Shown: piece by piece, positions 15,477-27,696 of the stretch
Layout of the letters: every line of letters starts with the position of its first letter
Numbering within the stretch: position 1 is the stretch's first letter
Assembly: GCA_000165425.1 (NCBI GenBank)
Contig: CT868074.1
Coordinates: forward strand, 124,001-188,000
Direction of reading: 5' to 3'
Length of the DNA: 64,000 bases
Source of the DNA: Paramecium tetraurelia
Taxonomy: Eukaryota
Position numbers and translations under genes: made by a program
Notes under the pieces: generated by a model
The model's database searches: none
Seen by the model: only the letters and a program-made list of their open reading frames with translations
Told to the model about the DNA's origin: nothing

Positions 15477-15696
15477 GCTTTTATTAATCTTCAATAGTTA
15501 ACATATAGAATTAAAATATATAATTATCGTAGGAAGATTTTTGAAAATAGTCATTAATCTAGAATAGTTTTAAGGTCAGATATTTTTGAATTTAGCTACA
15601 ATTAATGGCTAAGTGGAAGCGAGGGCAATTTTTTTTTCTACTTTTATAATTCTTCTAAAGAAAAAAGATTTCGAAATTATTAAATTTAAGATTAAA

Positions 15697-16268
15697 TCAT
15701 AATCCTCTCTTTAACTTAGTTTGTGATTTCCTTAATCTCTTGGAAACTTTCATCTCAAAACTTTCTATCTTGACCTTTTTTAATGATTATAAGAAGCATT
15801 ATTTCGATTCAAAACTATCCAAATGCTTTAGGACATCAACAGCAGAATTTAAAATAGTCTCATTAATTGTATTCTCAAATGATAAAAATGGAATCTCTTT
15901 GTTCATTATGACTATTTCTTATTTAAATTATTATTTAGCCATAATATTCAAATGACTTGTTCTAAAATAATAGCATAAAAATGTACTTTTCATCAATCAC
16001 TAATAAAACCACATTTTTTTTTATTTTGATTTGCTTGTCTCTCTTTTCTTTTTTATATATTCTACCTTCTTTTTTATAAATTCTATATATAGCCTTAATA
16101 GTTGATAAATTATGGCCTGTAATGTTAGCTATCTGGATTATAAGTTTAAAATACTTGGTTAGCAGAATATGCATTTTCCAAAAACAGTTTGATAACTTAT
16201 TATCTTTCATCTGAACTAATAGACTTATATTTTTGCTTTTTTGATTGTTAAAGGCTCAAGCTTATCAT
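15697..16268 (-). CDS. Small protein with an N-terminal homeodomain-like/Tc1-paired-type helix-turn-helix
   Basis: Spliced: MISLSLQQSKKQKYKSISSDERQQVIKLFLENAYSANQ|IANITGHNLSTIKAIYRIYKKEGRI; two tiny introns; the exact C-terminus is uncertain. Confidence 0.7.
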
Positions 16269-16500
16269 ATTATTTAAAATAAGTCAAATAATAAGATTAA
16301 TTTAATGATTATGTATTTAATGAAATTTCTTTTAGTCAAATTAACACATTTTCCTAATTAATTTTGAAATTTATTGAAGTTATGATTAAACTATGGAATA
16401 GTTTATTCACTTAATTAATCTATCTTGTGAATGAGTAATTTAAAATTTAAAAAATTATAATTGAACATGGAAAAATTTTTTTATCTTTTAATTTATCGTG

Positions 16501-16704
16501 ATGTCATAAGTGGCATGCTTCGGGAATTTTTCCCCTATCCCTTCCCTGGGGCCTGAGGGACAGTGGAAGAGATAGAGAGAGCATGATGACATAGAGAAAA
16601 TGGACGATAAAACAAGGGGAAAGAGAGTGAGATTCAAAATTGAAGGAGCCCCCCCAGACCCGGTCGAGCCTAGCTGCTCGGAGGAAGATGTTGAATTGAA
16701 TTGA
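16501..16704 (+). CDS. Putative 67-aa microprotein with a KRVRF (RVxF) motif and acidic tail
   Basis: Uninterrupted table-6 ORF MSQVACFGNFSPIPSLGPEGQWKRQREHDDIEKMDDKTRGKRVRFKIEGAPPDPVEPSCSEEDVELN*, coinciding with a local GC-rich island. Confidence 0.55.
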
Positions 16705-16719
16705 ATTGAACATGTATCC

Positions 16720-17950
16720 AAAGATGAAATAAGGATAATAAAGTTCATTATGATAAAAAACAAAATCATCATCTTAAATCTCATTTGGAAAGCAATCACT
16801 TTTTAAAGCACTACTATTATTATAATATTTTATAGAATAGATTGAATCTATTGATCTCAAGAAAAATGGCAATAAAGTATTATTAAATTTTAACTTTCTT
16901 AATTTTTATCTATTATAATTATCTTATGACCAAAATGTGATATCTAAAGCAACATAGTAATTAGAATCATCAAATCATAAAAAACCATAATTGCAAAATT
17001 AAGAACACTTAATCAAGCTAAAACCCAGAGACAAATTTAGATCCTCTAAATACACAGAAATAATTTTGTATAATACAATAAATATTGAAGAAAAGATCAT
17101 ATTACCATATAACAAATCAATCCAAAACAGTTACAAGTCAAATTTATGGTACATGTTTTAATTGGTTAATAACGGGATAATTATGGGAGTAATCTATTAA
17201 TTATAATAAGGAATAAGGGTTGGATCAAATTGCTTTTGGGACAATGACACCAAAAAGTGTGTTTCAGAAGTCTTTTTAAACGATTCATTATTGTATTTGG
17301 AAACAGTTGATGCTCTCTGCCTTTATTGACTTTTTTTAAGATAAGCTGTATTTAAATATATATTTTAATAGATTAAATCAGAAATAGTTGGTCTTTATAT
17401 ATATATAGTTGTGGATATAACTAATTGAAATTAAGTACCTCTCATTTAATAAAATTTAGTCCTAACACAGATATGATTGAGTATTTTGAAATTGAAGAAC
17501 AAAAATCCTATTAAAAATTAAAGAGAAAGTTTGTAAAATTGAATCTAGTATCCTATTTCATCTAAAATAATAATCAAACATACAAAATCCACCCTTTTGT
17601 AGATGTAAATTTAAATAATTATTTCTGATTATCAGAGTATCTATAATTTGATAATTTAATATAAATACAAAAATTTTAGAGAATTAAGTATGAAATTTTA
17701 ATTATAATAACACAAAATGAAAAAAGATTATGTTATCTTAGAATGATAGAAATCAAAATAAACTTTTAATTTAGAAATTAATTTCCCCAATAAAAATTAG
17801 ATTGATGAAGTTTTATACTAAAAGAAAAAGTATAAAATATTTAGTAAATAAAAACAGTTATTTGTTTTTAATGAGATTTTAAATAAATCTAACATGAAAA
17901 ATAAAAAATTCTGATTGCTCATAATGATAAAATTCCATTTCATAATTTAA
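16720..17950 (+). pseudogene. Degenerate coding remnants (Cys/Trp-containing fragment near 17150-17330)
   Basis: Fragments such as GSNCFWDNDTKKCVSEVFLNDSLLYLETVDALC are broken by stops and frameshifts. Confidence 0.25.
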
Positions 17951-18115
17951 TAAAAACTTGGAATAATTATAGACATAATAGAATATTAGATAATGAGCCT
18001 TCAAATTGAACAGAAATACCCCTTTTCGGTCAACAAATAATTAATTCTAAGATGAACATTATATTGTAGAATAATGAATATTATCTTAACCCAAGTAGTA
18101 TAATGATGAAATGAT

Positions 18116-18898
18116 TCATTTTACATAACTTTCCAACTCTTCTTTGGCAAAACCAATGTTCTCTTCGATTTTTTTATTTTTTAAGAGCAATAAATCAATC
18201 TGTTCTTTAATTTTTTATATCTTGTCTTCCTTTTTAGCTAGTCTCATCTCTAAATCCTCCTGGACTTTATTTTATTCTTCAACATATCGAGTAAACTCTT
18301 TTTGTTAAACTTCATACTTAATATAATATTTATAAAATACATCCATTTATGTAACTTTAATTTGTTTTCTCAAATAATCGATTTCGTCCTACAATATTTT
18401 TAGATCACCATCCTAAAAGCTAATGTCACCTTCTTTGATTTTTTCTCTCATAGAGTCAATTTTATTTTTAATTGATAGCATTTTCACTTCTTTATTTACA
18501 TTATTAGAATAAACTTTCTCATATTAAACAGATACTGGTAAGTAATCATTCAAAGCCTTCTCATAATCTTCTTTCATTTTCTTAACACAATTTTCACAAA
18601 ATCCACTTAAAAATGAGATATAGAATTACTTAAACTTGGCTGCATCTCCACATTAACACACAGTTTTGTAAAGTTCTCTGACTTTATCCATTCCACTTGG
18701 CAATTATTTAATCTTAAAGGATGCTTATGTTGAATCAGAGTCAAAGGTTTCTTACTCATTTGCTATATCTTAAACTTTAATATATGTTTCTTCCTTTTAT
18801 GCTATTACTTTTCTATTTCTCACTATCTTCGTTGTTAATTTAGCATTCTCTGCTTATAATCTGGTAATCTCCTTTCTAACACTCTCTAAATCTGTCAT
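18116..18898 (-). CDS. Coiled-coil protein with a small Cys cluster, function unknown
   Basis: MTDLESVRKEITRLQAENAKL...CQCGD..GFCENC...ELESYVK*; two tiny introns. Confidence 0.8.
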
Positions 18899-19034
18899 AA
18901 TAATTAAAAAAAAAAATATAAAAATTATAACATAAATTGTGATTAAAGAAAACTAATCATAATAAATCAGTGATAGGGACACTCTGTTTTAAAATTAGAA
19001 ATGTTTTTTGGATTTTGATATTTATTTTTTTAAC

Positions 19035-19760
19035 ATGAATATAAACAATTGTAAATTTTAATGTTTTTCTCCTCCACCAACCTTTGAAGGCTTTCAAGGC
19101 TAATTAAATTGGATTTAAATCAAAATTAAACTAAACATATCTTCTATAGATAAATAGGATTGAAAAAATTCTTGTCAGCATTTTTAGAATATTTTTGATC
19201 TTAAGACAATTTTTGTAATTTAAACATACAACCTAAAGTAAGATTTGCATAATATTATTTTAAAAACTTTCTAAATTTAAGATAGTATTGAAAAATTTGA
19301 TATCACCGTCTAAATAACAGGAATAGATTGAGTCTACTAACAAATGGAATTAGGGAACAACAATTAAAAGTTCTAAATTTAAGGGGAAATTTTGAAAATC
19401 AGGATTAGGATAAAAGATAAACTGTGATATTTGTTAAAATTGAAAATTTATTATATATTGGATATCAAGATTGGATTGATTATGCACAGATAAATGTTTG
19501 TTAAAGGTTTCTTGAATCATTTTGAGTTCAATGATATTCTTTTACTAGTTCAAATATACCCTTTTGAATTGTTACTAAATAATATCTTTAGTTTTAAAAT
19601 GATGTTATGATGGTATTCGGAACATATTAGGCAGAAGTGGTTTTTAAGACTTTATCGTTTCAAAAATTGAAGATTTAATATTGAAAAAATGGCATAGAAA
19701 TATTAGCCATCAATAATAATAAAAAAAAGGAGAAAGAATTAATTAAAATATAAAATTGAT
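19035..19760 (+). pseudogene. Decayed gene remnant
   Basis: Coding-like fragments (CFSPPPTFEGFQGQLNWI; GYQDWIDYAQINVCQRFLES) with TGA stops and frameshifts. Confidence 0.3.
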
Positions 19761-19761
19761 T

Positions 19762-20610
19762 TCATAACCCATAGTAAATAATTAATTAATTAATTTGCTC
19801 ATTGATGAGCATCATCTCAACTTCTATAGGTTTGAGTTCTAATCTAAGTTTGTCAGTGACATCCTTGAAGATACTGACCAGTTATTATATATCAATGTTT
19901 TTTGGTAATTAAAGAACTATTTTATTGGTCATCTGCAGTCCTTTTGTCAATAGATCTTCTAGAGACGGTTTCATGCTATTAAGATCATATGGTTGATGTG
20001 AATAGTTCAAACCACCCCTAAATTTAATGGAGATAATACCAAGGTGGACACATTATGAGAATGAAATCTTAATTGGTATGAGTGTACTCAAGAAAATTCA
20101 TTTAAATAACAGTTGCTATGGACTCATACACTTACAAATTATTTGTAATGTTATTGATCTTTCTAAGTTTATAAAATATTTAATTTTACATGGGATCAAT
20201 ATCTATACAAATAACTGATTTAAAACATTTCGCCAATTGAATAAGCCAGACCACCAGAACCACAAAACCCATCTATCACATCAGAACCTGGAGAACTGGT
20301 TTTTAATTTATTTGCAATATGGATGCTCATCTCCTTAATTCATTATACAAATCTCTACCTCTGGTATCACAGAATACCAAGATTCCTCATCTAATTATAT
20401 GCCCTCATTGAATTTTTTAAAGAGAAAGAAGCGCTTGCGATAGAACTTTTAAATATATTTTGGTATGTCTATTGATATTCCTGGATGTAATTAGCAAGTG
20501 AAGTTCTTTTTTGTGATCTTCAGCTTCAAACTATCCAGAGCAAAGAACTCATTCTAAGGATATCCCAAAATGGATAATTTGCGATGCACTAGCTTCTAAG
20601 TCTCAATCAT
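19762..20610 (-). CDS. TGS1: Trimethylguanosine synthase (RNA cap guanine-N2 methyltransferase)
   Basis: KRFFLFKKFNEGIQLDEESWYSVIPE, SAM motif VIDGFCGSGGLAIQLA, CPPW|GG across an intron, and LPKNID; several tiny introns. Confidence 0.93.
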
Positions 20611-20685
20611 TTTATTATTATATATCATTTTATAATAATTGCACCCCCCCCCTACAATATTATTTTAACCAAAATTTTCCTACAC

Positions 20686-21900
20686 ATGTCATTTCTTACA
20701 CAAATTTAGATCTTTAAAGTTTGGATTCCAACCAAGGAATCCATCTGGCTAATACATTATCGATGCACAACAACCATCTAAATAAATTATAACAAAAAAA
20801 ATATCAATTTCTTACATTTTCTAAAGATCTGGAGTCTATAGTTCTTATGTAAAAGATAATTTCAAAACCATACTAATAGTATGTTTCTTCTGGTAAAGCT
20901 AAAAAGAGAATTTAATCTTATAATGTTTTAAAAATAATCTGATATTCAATGAACTTCAACCTAAACATCAAATTAAAATCATATTAAATTTTTGTAATGA
21001 GATAAAACTGTGTTCCAAATTTATATCAATTTATTTAAACTCTGTTTTTTAGAAAGATCATATAAATTACAACCATTAATCAATAGAATAGCAGATCATA
21101 CTTGTTAATTCAACATAAAAAATTACAAGAAAAATGAATTATTAGAGTAGATTGCCTACCGTATCTATGAATATCTCGTATTTAATTATTTTAGAAATAG
21201 CAATAATAATTATCACTCTATAAAGTAAAATATAAAAGTTAATTCAAAATAGAATTAACATAGATTTACGGATAACTACGGATTGGGAAATAAAGATACT
21301 GAATTATATCATTCACCTTAATTGATTGGATATGAAATCTTTGTTAAAAAGAAAAAAAAGGCAAATAAATACATCCCTAAAATAAAACATTAATAACGAC
21401 AAAGGTGAAATAAAATTAAAAGTATAATCAAATAATTTTTATCTCAAAAATAAAAATTTTGATTCATTTGGTTTTTTCAACAATTGAAATAACAAAACAA
21501 GCAAATCTTAAGAATCCTTCCACATAATAAACAGAAGGATCATTAATATAATTGCTTTCAAATAAGGTTTACTAAATTTCTTGATTTTATGAAATGGTAG
21601 AACTTAATCCAATTTGTTGTTATAGGTGATATACATCAAAACAAAGAATAATCAAGATTGAATAACAAAATACCTGTATATTATCTTTAAGCACTATTAT
21701 GCAAACTATTATTGCCACTGCCATACAAGCTTCAATGCACTCTATTTCTAATACTTTACATCTTTCTTTTTAATAACGACAGTCTCATTTGTGATCTGGG
21801 TCTGCTTAAATATAATAGGGTAAGAGTCAGAATTAATGGTACTTCTTGTTAGTTGAATTTTTAAATTGTTTTAATTCAAAAAAAATGTCCAATATTTGTT
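20686..21900. pseudogene. Degenerate coding remnants (plus strand ~20690-21330; minus strand ~21450-21860)
   Basis: Fragments FRSLKFGFQPRNPSGQYIIDAQQP (+) and SDSYPYYIQADPDHK*DCRY...CIEACMAVAIIVCII (-), with no coherent ORF. Confidence 0.25.
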
Positions 21901-21960
21901 ATAATATATAAATTATTTCTGTTAATTGTAATTAATTGGTAAAATGGAAAATTAGATATT

Positions 21961-23673
21961 TCAGTACTTCTTTTTAATTTTAGGTAATTATTGATGTTCC
22001 TCTATAATTTTCATTAAAGCTGTTGGTCTTTCAGCACTTGGTTGAATAGATAAATCTTTTTTCTAAGTTTCATGTTGTGATCTTTTCAGATAACTACTAG
22101 AGTTTCTCTCATTAGAGGAATTTTTTCTTAAAATATACTCCTCCCCTTATTTTTAAATTCCACTAATTATTGGTAACTTTTAAGAATAATGCTATTTATT
22201 TAGAGATTGGATAACATCTTTCGCATAATAGTTAGAATTGATTTATATTTGATGGTCTAGTCTATCCTTAGAAGCGCATTTACTAGAGATTCTATTTAAT
22301 AATTTACGATTGTTAATTGGATTCATATCTCTCGTGTTTTTCATGAGTAGAATTGGATACTCGCAATCTTCGGTCAATTGGTTGGATATTTTCTTAGATT
22401 GCCTATTTTTAAATGGATTTATTTAAATTGTGATTGACATTTGAAGTTTTTTCATCTTCCTTTTAGTCCAATTGAGTAATTTGTTTCATCAATTGATGTA
22501 AAGCTTCATTAGGTTGATTTACAGAGATGGAATCATTAGTATCCTAAGATCTTATTCTATTAGATTGGTCTTTCCTCTTGATATGATTGGAATTGTGTTA
22601 ATTCAAATAATTGCTCCCAGGTAATTAACAATTTAAATTTATGAGTTCTGATTTATTTGTTTATAAGCCTTTTCTAGTAATAGGCCATTTGATGGTCTTT
22701 AACAAATCATCCTCGATTTCATCATTAATCAAAGGAATCCCATATAGTTTGGCTTTCTTCTAAATGAAAGAGAATTGTAGTAATTTATCTAGATAATCAC
22801 TTTATGAGTACCAGAATCAGGACGATTTGAAGGTTGAACTTGCATCATGCTTTTGATCAATTAAACTAATTCTTAGGAGTAGATAACAGGGATTGGTTAA
22901 TATTGTCCTCTTAGAACAGATTTATATAGACTATCCATATCTTTGGCTCTAAAGGGTCTAATTTAGAATGTGGGAATAAGAATACGGTTTCAAGGCACAC
23001 ATTTCATATATGACACACCCCAAGGACCAGAGATCTGCCTTATGATCGTAAGGTTTGTCTTACCAAACCTCTGGACTGGCATAATAGGGAGTACCAGTTT
23101 ATGTATAGACAAGTCCATTCTTAGCCAATTTGGAAACATTAAAATCTCCTAGTTTTACATGATCATTGTCGTATAAGAAGATATTTGCACACTTCAAATC
23201 TCTATGCAATATTTTTTTATGATGCAATGCTCGCAAACCTTATAACACCTATATTGCCGCTTACCATATCTATTACTCTGGAATCATCTATTGTTTTTTC
23301 ACATATCTTTAAATCTTTTGTAACAGATCTCCTCCCTCAGCATACTCCATTATTATACTTTATTACAACAACTGCCATACCATAAATTATTATCTTCAAT
23401 AAAGCATTCTTTATATGAAACTACATTCTCATGATGAATAGATGCTATAAACCGAACTTCATTCAATGCGTTCTGTTTCTCTCTATCTCCAATATCAATC
23501 AATTTCACCTATTCCTGTAAATCACTCCAATTACTTTCTTCAAAGCATATAATTTCCCATCAGACTTTCTCTACACTTTATACACTTATGAATAAGCTCC
23601 AGAGCCTAAAATATCAAGAATCCACATTACCTAATTTGTTTAGGATCTCGAAATTTTATAGTTTACTTTCCAT
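21961..23673 (-). CDS. NIMA-related (NEK) Ser/Thr protein kinase
   Basis: [78 protein letters not shown]; long low-complexity C-terminal tail; several tiny introns. Confidence 0.95.
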
Positions 23674-23813
23674 TAATTATATTAAATTATCAATTAATTC
23701 TTATAATCAAAAAACCAATTGACTTTTTTTATTTCACCTCTCATCTGTTCATAACCCTATTCACTAAAAAGATCGTATTTAACAAATTATATTAAATTTG
23801 TTATTAAAATTTA

Positions 23814-24056
23814 ATGAATCAGAAAATTGTGATGAGAAATGAAGACCAGGAAGTTGAAGTCTCTGGAACAGAATAAGTAATTTGTTTAATTTATATCTAG
23901 CCAGTTGAAATATAATAGGAGACCATCAAATTAAATGAAGCACATATTGACTTAATTGTCAAAGAATTCGATGTTGATAGATTTTAAGCCACAAGATGGC
24001 TCAAAAAGAATGATGGAGATTTGCAAAAGACTATCAAGTGGATAATTAGCAATTGA
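23814..24056 (+). CDS. Small HYPK/NAC-type UBA-like domain protein
   Basis: Spliced 72 aa ending IKLNEAHIDLIVKEFDVDRFQATRWLKKNDGDLQKTIKWIISN*; one 24-nt intron. Confidence 0.75.
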
Positions 24057-24149
24057 ATTATACCTTTACATAATGAAAATTTATGCAAAATTTATATCTA
24101 AAGTTCAATACAATCTTAGTTCAAAGTATCGATTCTAATTGATTAATAT

Positions 24150-25820
24150 TGATATCAACATCTATTTAATTACTATCTAATTATTAAATGCCCCATTACA
24201 GCAAAAATAATAGCGTAGTTAGAAAAATCAATATGTTTACAGATCACTTCTTATTTATGAAATGTAAAACGTAAATACTAGTTGTTCAAACATTTGAGAT
24301 TACTTCATGATGTGTAAGTATATCAAAGAAATGCTTATCATATAATTATGACTAATAAACTTATCTTGATTATAAAAATTAATAAAGAAGACTGTTACTA
24401 AAATGTGAATGATAATATATTATCATTAATGTTTGATCATATAAAGAATTTTTTTCTGAGACCATTCGAGGAGAATTCTTTCATAATAATTTACTTGTTT
24501 GAGAAATTCTATGCAAATGTAAAATCTAGTCCTCTATTTTACCCTTCAGATGTTTCCACTCTTGGCTTAAGTTTTTTTTCATTTCGAGGATTTTATTAAG
24601 AGAATAATTATTGCTTTGCATCTTTAATGATTTATAGCACCCTTTGAGGTCTGACTCTAATAGCTTCACTTTCTACTCTATGCAATTCAATCATGGATGT
24701 CTTTCGAGTCATTTATTTTTGTGGTTTATTGATCGGAGATAACTCAGGACTGTAGGTTATTTGTGAACTCCCTGTTGGTGTGATAATATTCTTGATTTAT
24801 TATTAGGAGGGCATTTTCTAGGATTTTCGCATTTATTAAATAATTAATGATAAAATATTCTTCTCATTCTCTGCTTTGCTTCTATATTACAGTATCATCA
24901 ATTCAGAAAATATCCAAGATCTTGGAAGAAATTTCATTAAGCAGAACATAATAAAATTCAAATATTCAACAATAAGCTGTTGAATCAATTTAAAAGCAAT
25001 CAACTAAAACTCAATTTTTAAAGAATGAAGGATCAATTGAAATCTATAATCCAGTCTAGTATCATGATTTGTTTTAACAACCCAATTATAGCTGTTTATC
25101 AAATGAAAACCAATCAGAAGCGAATATTTAAAGTAATTATCGATGAAACTAATTAATCATAATAAACTGATAAATAAGATATTCATCTAAATAAGTTGAA
25201 GCAATCCAAAATTTTAATAATCTAGCATTAAATGAAGACTAGAAGGTAGAATATGATTTAGATTCGTAGTCAATTCAACCAGAAAATTCATCAGCAGAAT
25301 AGAATCAAAATTAAGTTCAATCACTTGCGGAGCCATAATCAATATGGCAGGTAGTAGAATATCACAAAATTTTAATTTATTCATAATTAGTTAAAAGTAT
25401 TGATTCAGAATATTAAAAATGATATGTTCTAAATTTTGAATAAAACAAGTTGCAAGATACGGGAGATAATTACAATAAAAATCAAAAAGAATAAGTTTAT
25501 GAGGAAGAATAGAATGAATAAAAATGATCAATAAATTAATACCATAACGAAAAAGATCGATCATCAAACTCTTTTTTATCGCAACTTTGTTAATATCTAA
25601 TGTAGTTCAAAGGATAATTGGAATAATTTGCAATGTGCATTTGTTAAAAAGGCAAAATATTTCATTCATTCCATATTTAATTAGACTTAATATTTTAGGT
25701 TCGATTATAATATTAATGAAATATCAATATAAAATTAACTTTAAATGGCTGTGAATCCCTCTATCCTGTGAGAATAGTTGCATACTTCATAAGTCTGGCA
25801 ATAATTTAGTTATTGCAAAT
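24150..25820 (+). pseudogene. Frameshifted remnant of a multi-TM protein with a Q/N-rich region and a possibly decayed C-terminal Cys/His finger
   Basis: Hydrophobic coding-like stretches at 24400-24900 and a Q/E/N-rich stretch at 25000-25550, with repeated TGA stops and frame changes. Confidence 0.4.
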
Positions 25821-26071
25821 TATTTGTTTATTTACATTATATATAATATTATATATACATTACTTAGACATATAATTGAATTAATTAAAAAACATAGATC
25901 GCTATAATTCGAGAAATTTGCGATATATATTAGCATAGTTTAAGGTCACAGTCCAATGATCTGGCTTTCCTCGAATAAAAAATACACTATATGCTTCAAC
26001 AACTTCTTGTTGATTAAGGTTTCTATCTGGATTCAAATAATAAAAATATTCTATATTAAATTATAATTATA

Positions 26072-27049
26072 ATGTAATCAATAATAGACAGCAATGAGAG
26101 GAATGAGCCTCAATCAAGTCTATTTTTCTCTTTACGTCATGATCAAGAGTAGAGTAACAGCTTTCGCAGTTTAGAAGATGATCCAAAGGAAAAAAGGGAT
26201 GCAACTTCAATTAATGTAGAAATGCAGATCGTCAATAATTACGAATCATAAGATTCTCCCATCTCCACCCAACAAACCTTAGAGGCATAATAATCACTCA
26301 TCTAGTTAAGGCTATTAGGGAGAGAAGTTAAAGAAGTGAAACCCTCTTTTAAAAAAGAAATTGTTCCTATCAATATAACATTTTTGTATTTGGAGTATAT
26401 AACAAATAATCCTGGGATGAAGATCTGGTTATTGTCAAATATTATGTTGGATATATGCTTAAGGTTACTAATATTAGTGTTTTTTTGTATAGGAACAGTG
26501 GATGAAAACAAGATAATAGATCCTTATTAAGATAGCAAAGTTACAGCCTATTTTGTAATTTTCATCTAGATTCCTCGGATTTTACATTTACTTACAACAT
26601 CTAAGTTGATTTTCATGGACAAATACAACCTTCAAAATAGATCGTATCTTCCCATGAGCTACGTGTTTAGAGCCAATTTCATTTAAGAGATTTGTCCTGA
26701 ATAAGAAGATCTTAAACCAATCAATTATAAGGATAATATTCTCTCTTTCAGAACAATAATGTTTATCATATTTCCAATCGAACTTTAATGGATACCAATG
26801 TACCCTTTTAGAAATCGAAATAATTCAGAAAATACCATCATCATTAGTAGTTACATCCTTAAAAGCATAGAAGTCATGGTTTTTGAACCAATCCTACTTA
26901 TTTTAATTTCTTTTTAAGCTGAAACGCTTTAACTCTATACTAGATTGCTCTTTGGACTGATACTCCTTGATATTATCAAATTTGTAATACTGAATCTGTG
27001 TTTAATTATCTTCAGCAATGTAGGAAAAAATTCTAAAGTTAAAATATGA
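26072..27049 (+). CDS. Uncharacterised multi-pass membrane protein (~325 aa)
   Basis: Continuous table-6 ORF MQSIIDSNERNEPQSSLFFS... with about 4 hydrophobic segments; ends KNSKVKI*. Confidence 0.8.
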
Positions 27050-27696
27050 TAATTTATTCTACTTTCTTTATTTATATTACATAATTTATAATAATAGACT
27101 ATTATACCAATTGTACAGAATAAAATATTCAATTTCATTAAAAACAGATCGACTTATGATATCAAATATTTATTATTTTATAATATTATACTCATTCATA
27201 TATCAATTCCATTATGTTCTAATTAGAGTTTGTGAATCAAGAGTAAATTTAACTAAAGTATAATTGAAATCATATATAATCTACTTTATTCATTATATAA
27301 TACCTCACTCATTAGCATCCATAATTTAAGAAAGAGTTGGATTTTATCTATTATTATTAAATTCAATATTTGCTATGGATGGAAAGACACGAAATATTTC
27401 TTAAATTTTATCAAAATTATTTAGAAGACAATTAATAATTTAATGAGATTAATTTAGCAATCCATTATATAAATTTAAATTAATTTATAGATAATTTTAT
27501 TAATCATGAATGACCAAAAGTACGTTTTTATTTTTAAATGAAGTTAATTCATCCAAAATTGTTCAAGAAACTCAAAAATACTTTTTAGTCTGTTTAAATT
27601 AAGTAATAATAGTATTTCTTATAAAATAAGTTTTTATTTCTTAAAATTTAAAGTATTATTATTCAACTATTTATTGATAATTAATTTTATTTTATA

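Noticed and set aside
16690..16710. (TTGAA)4 tandem repeat as an array or CRISPR-like repeat
   Set aside because: It is a 20-bp microsatellite over the stop of the microORF, with no spacers.
20644..20652. C9 run upstream of TGS1 as a G-quadruplex or telomeric element
   Set aside because: It is a single homopolymer with no additional G-tracts or repeats.
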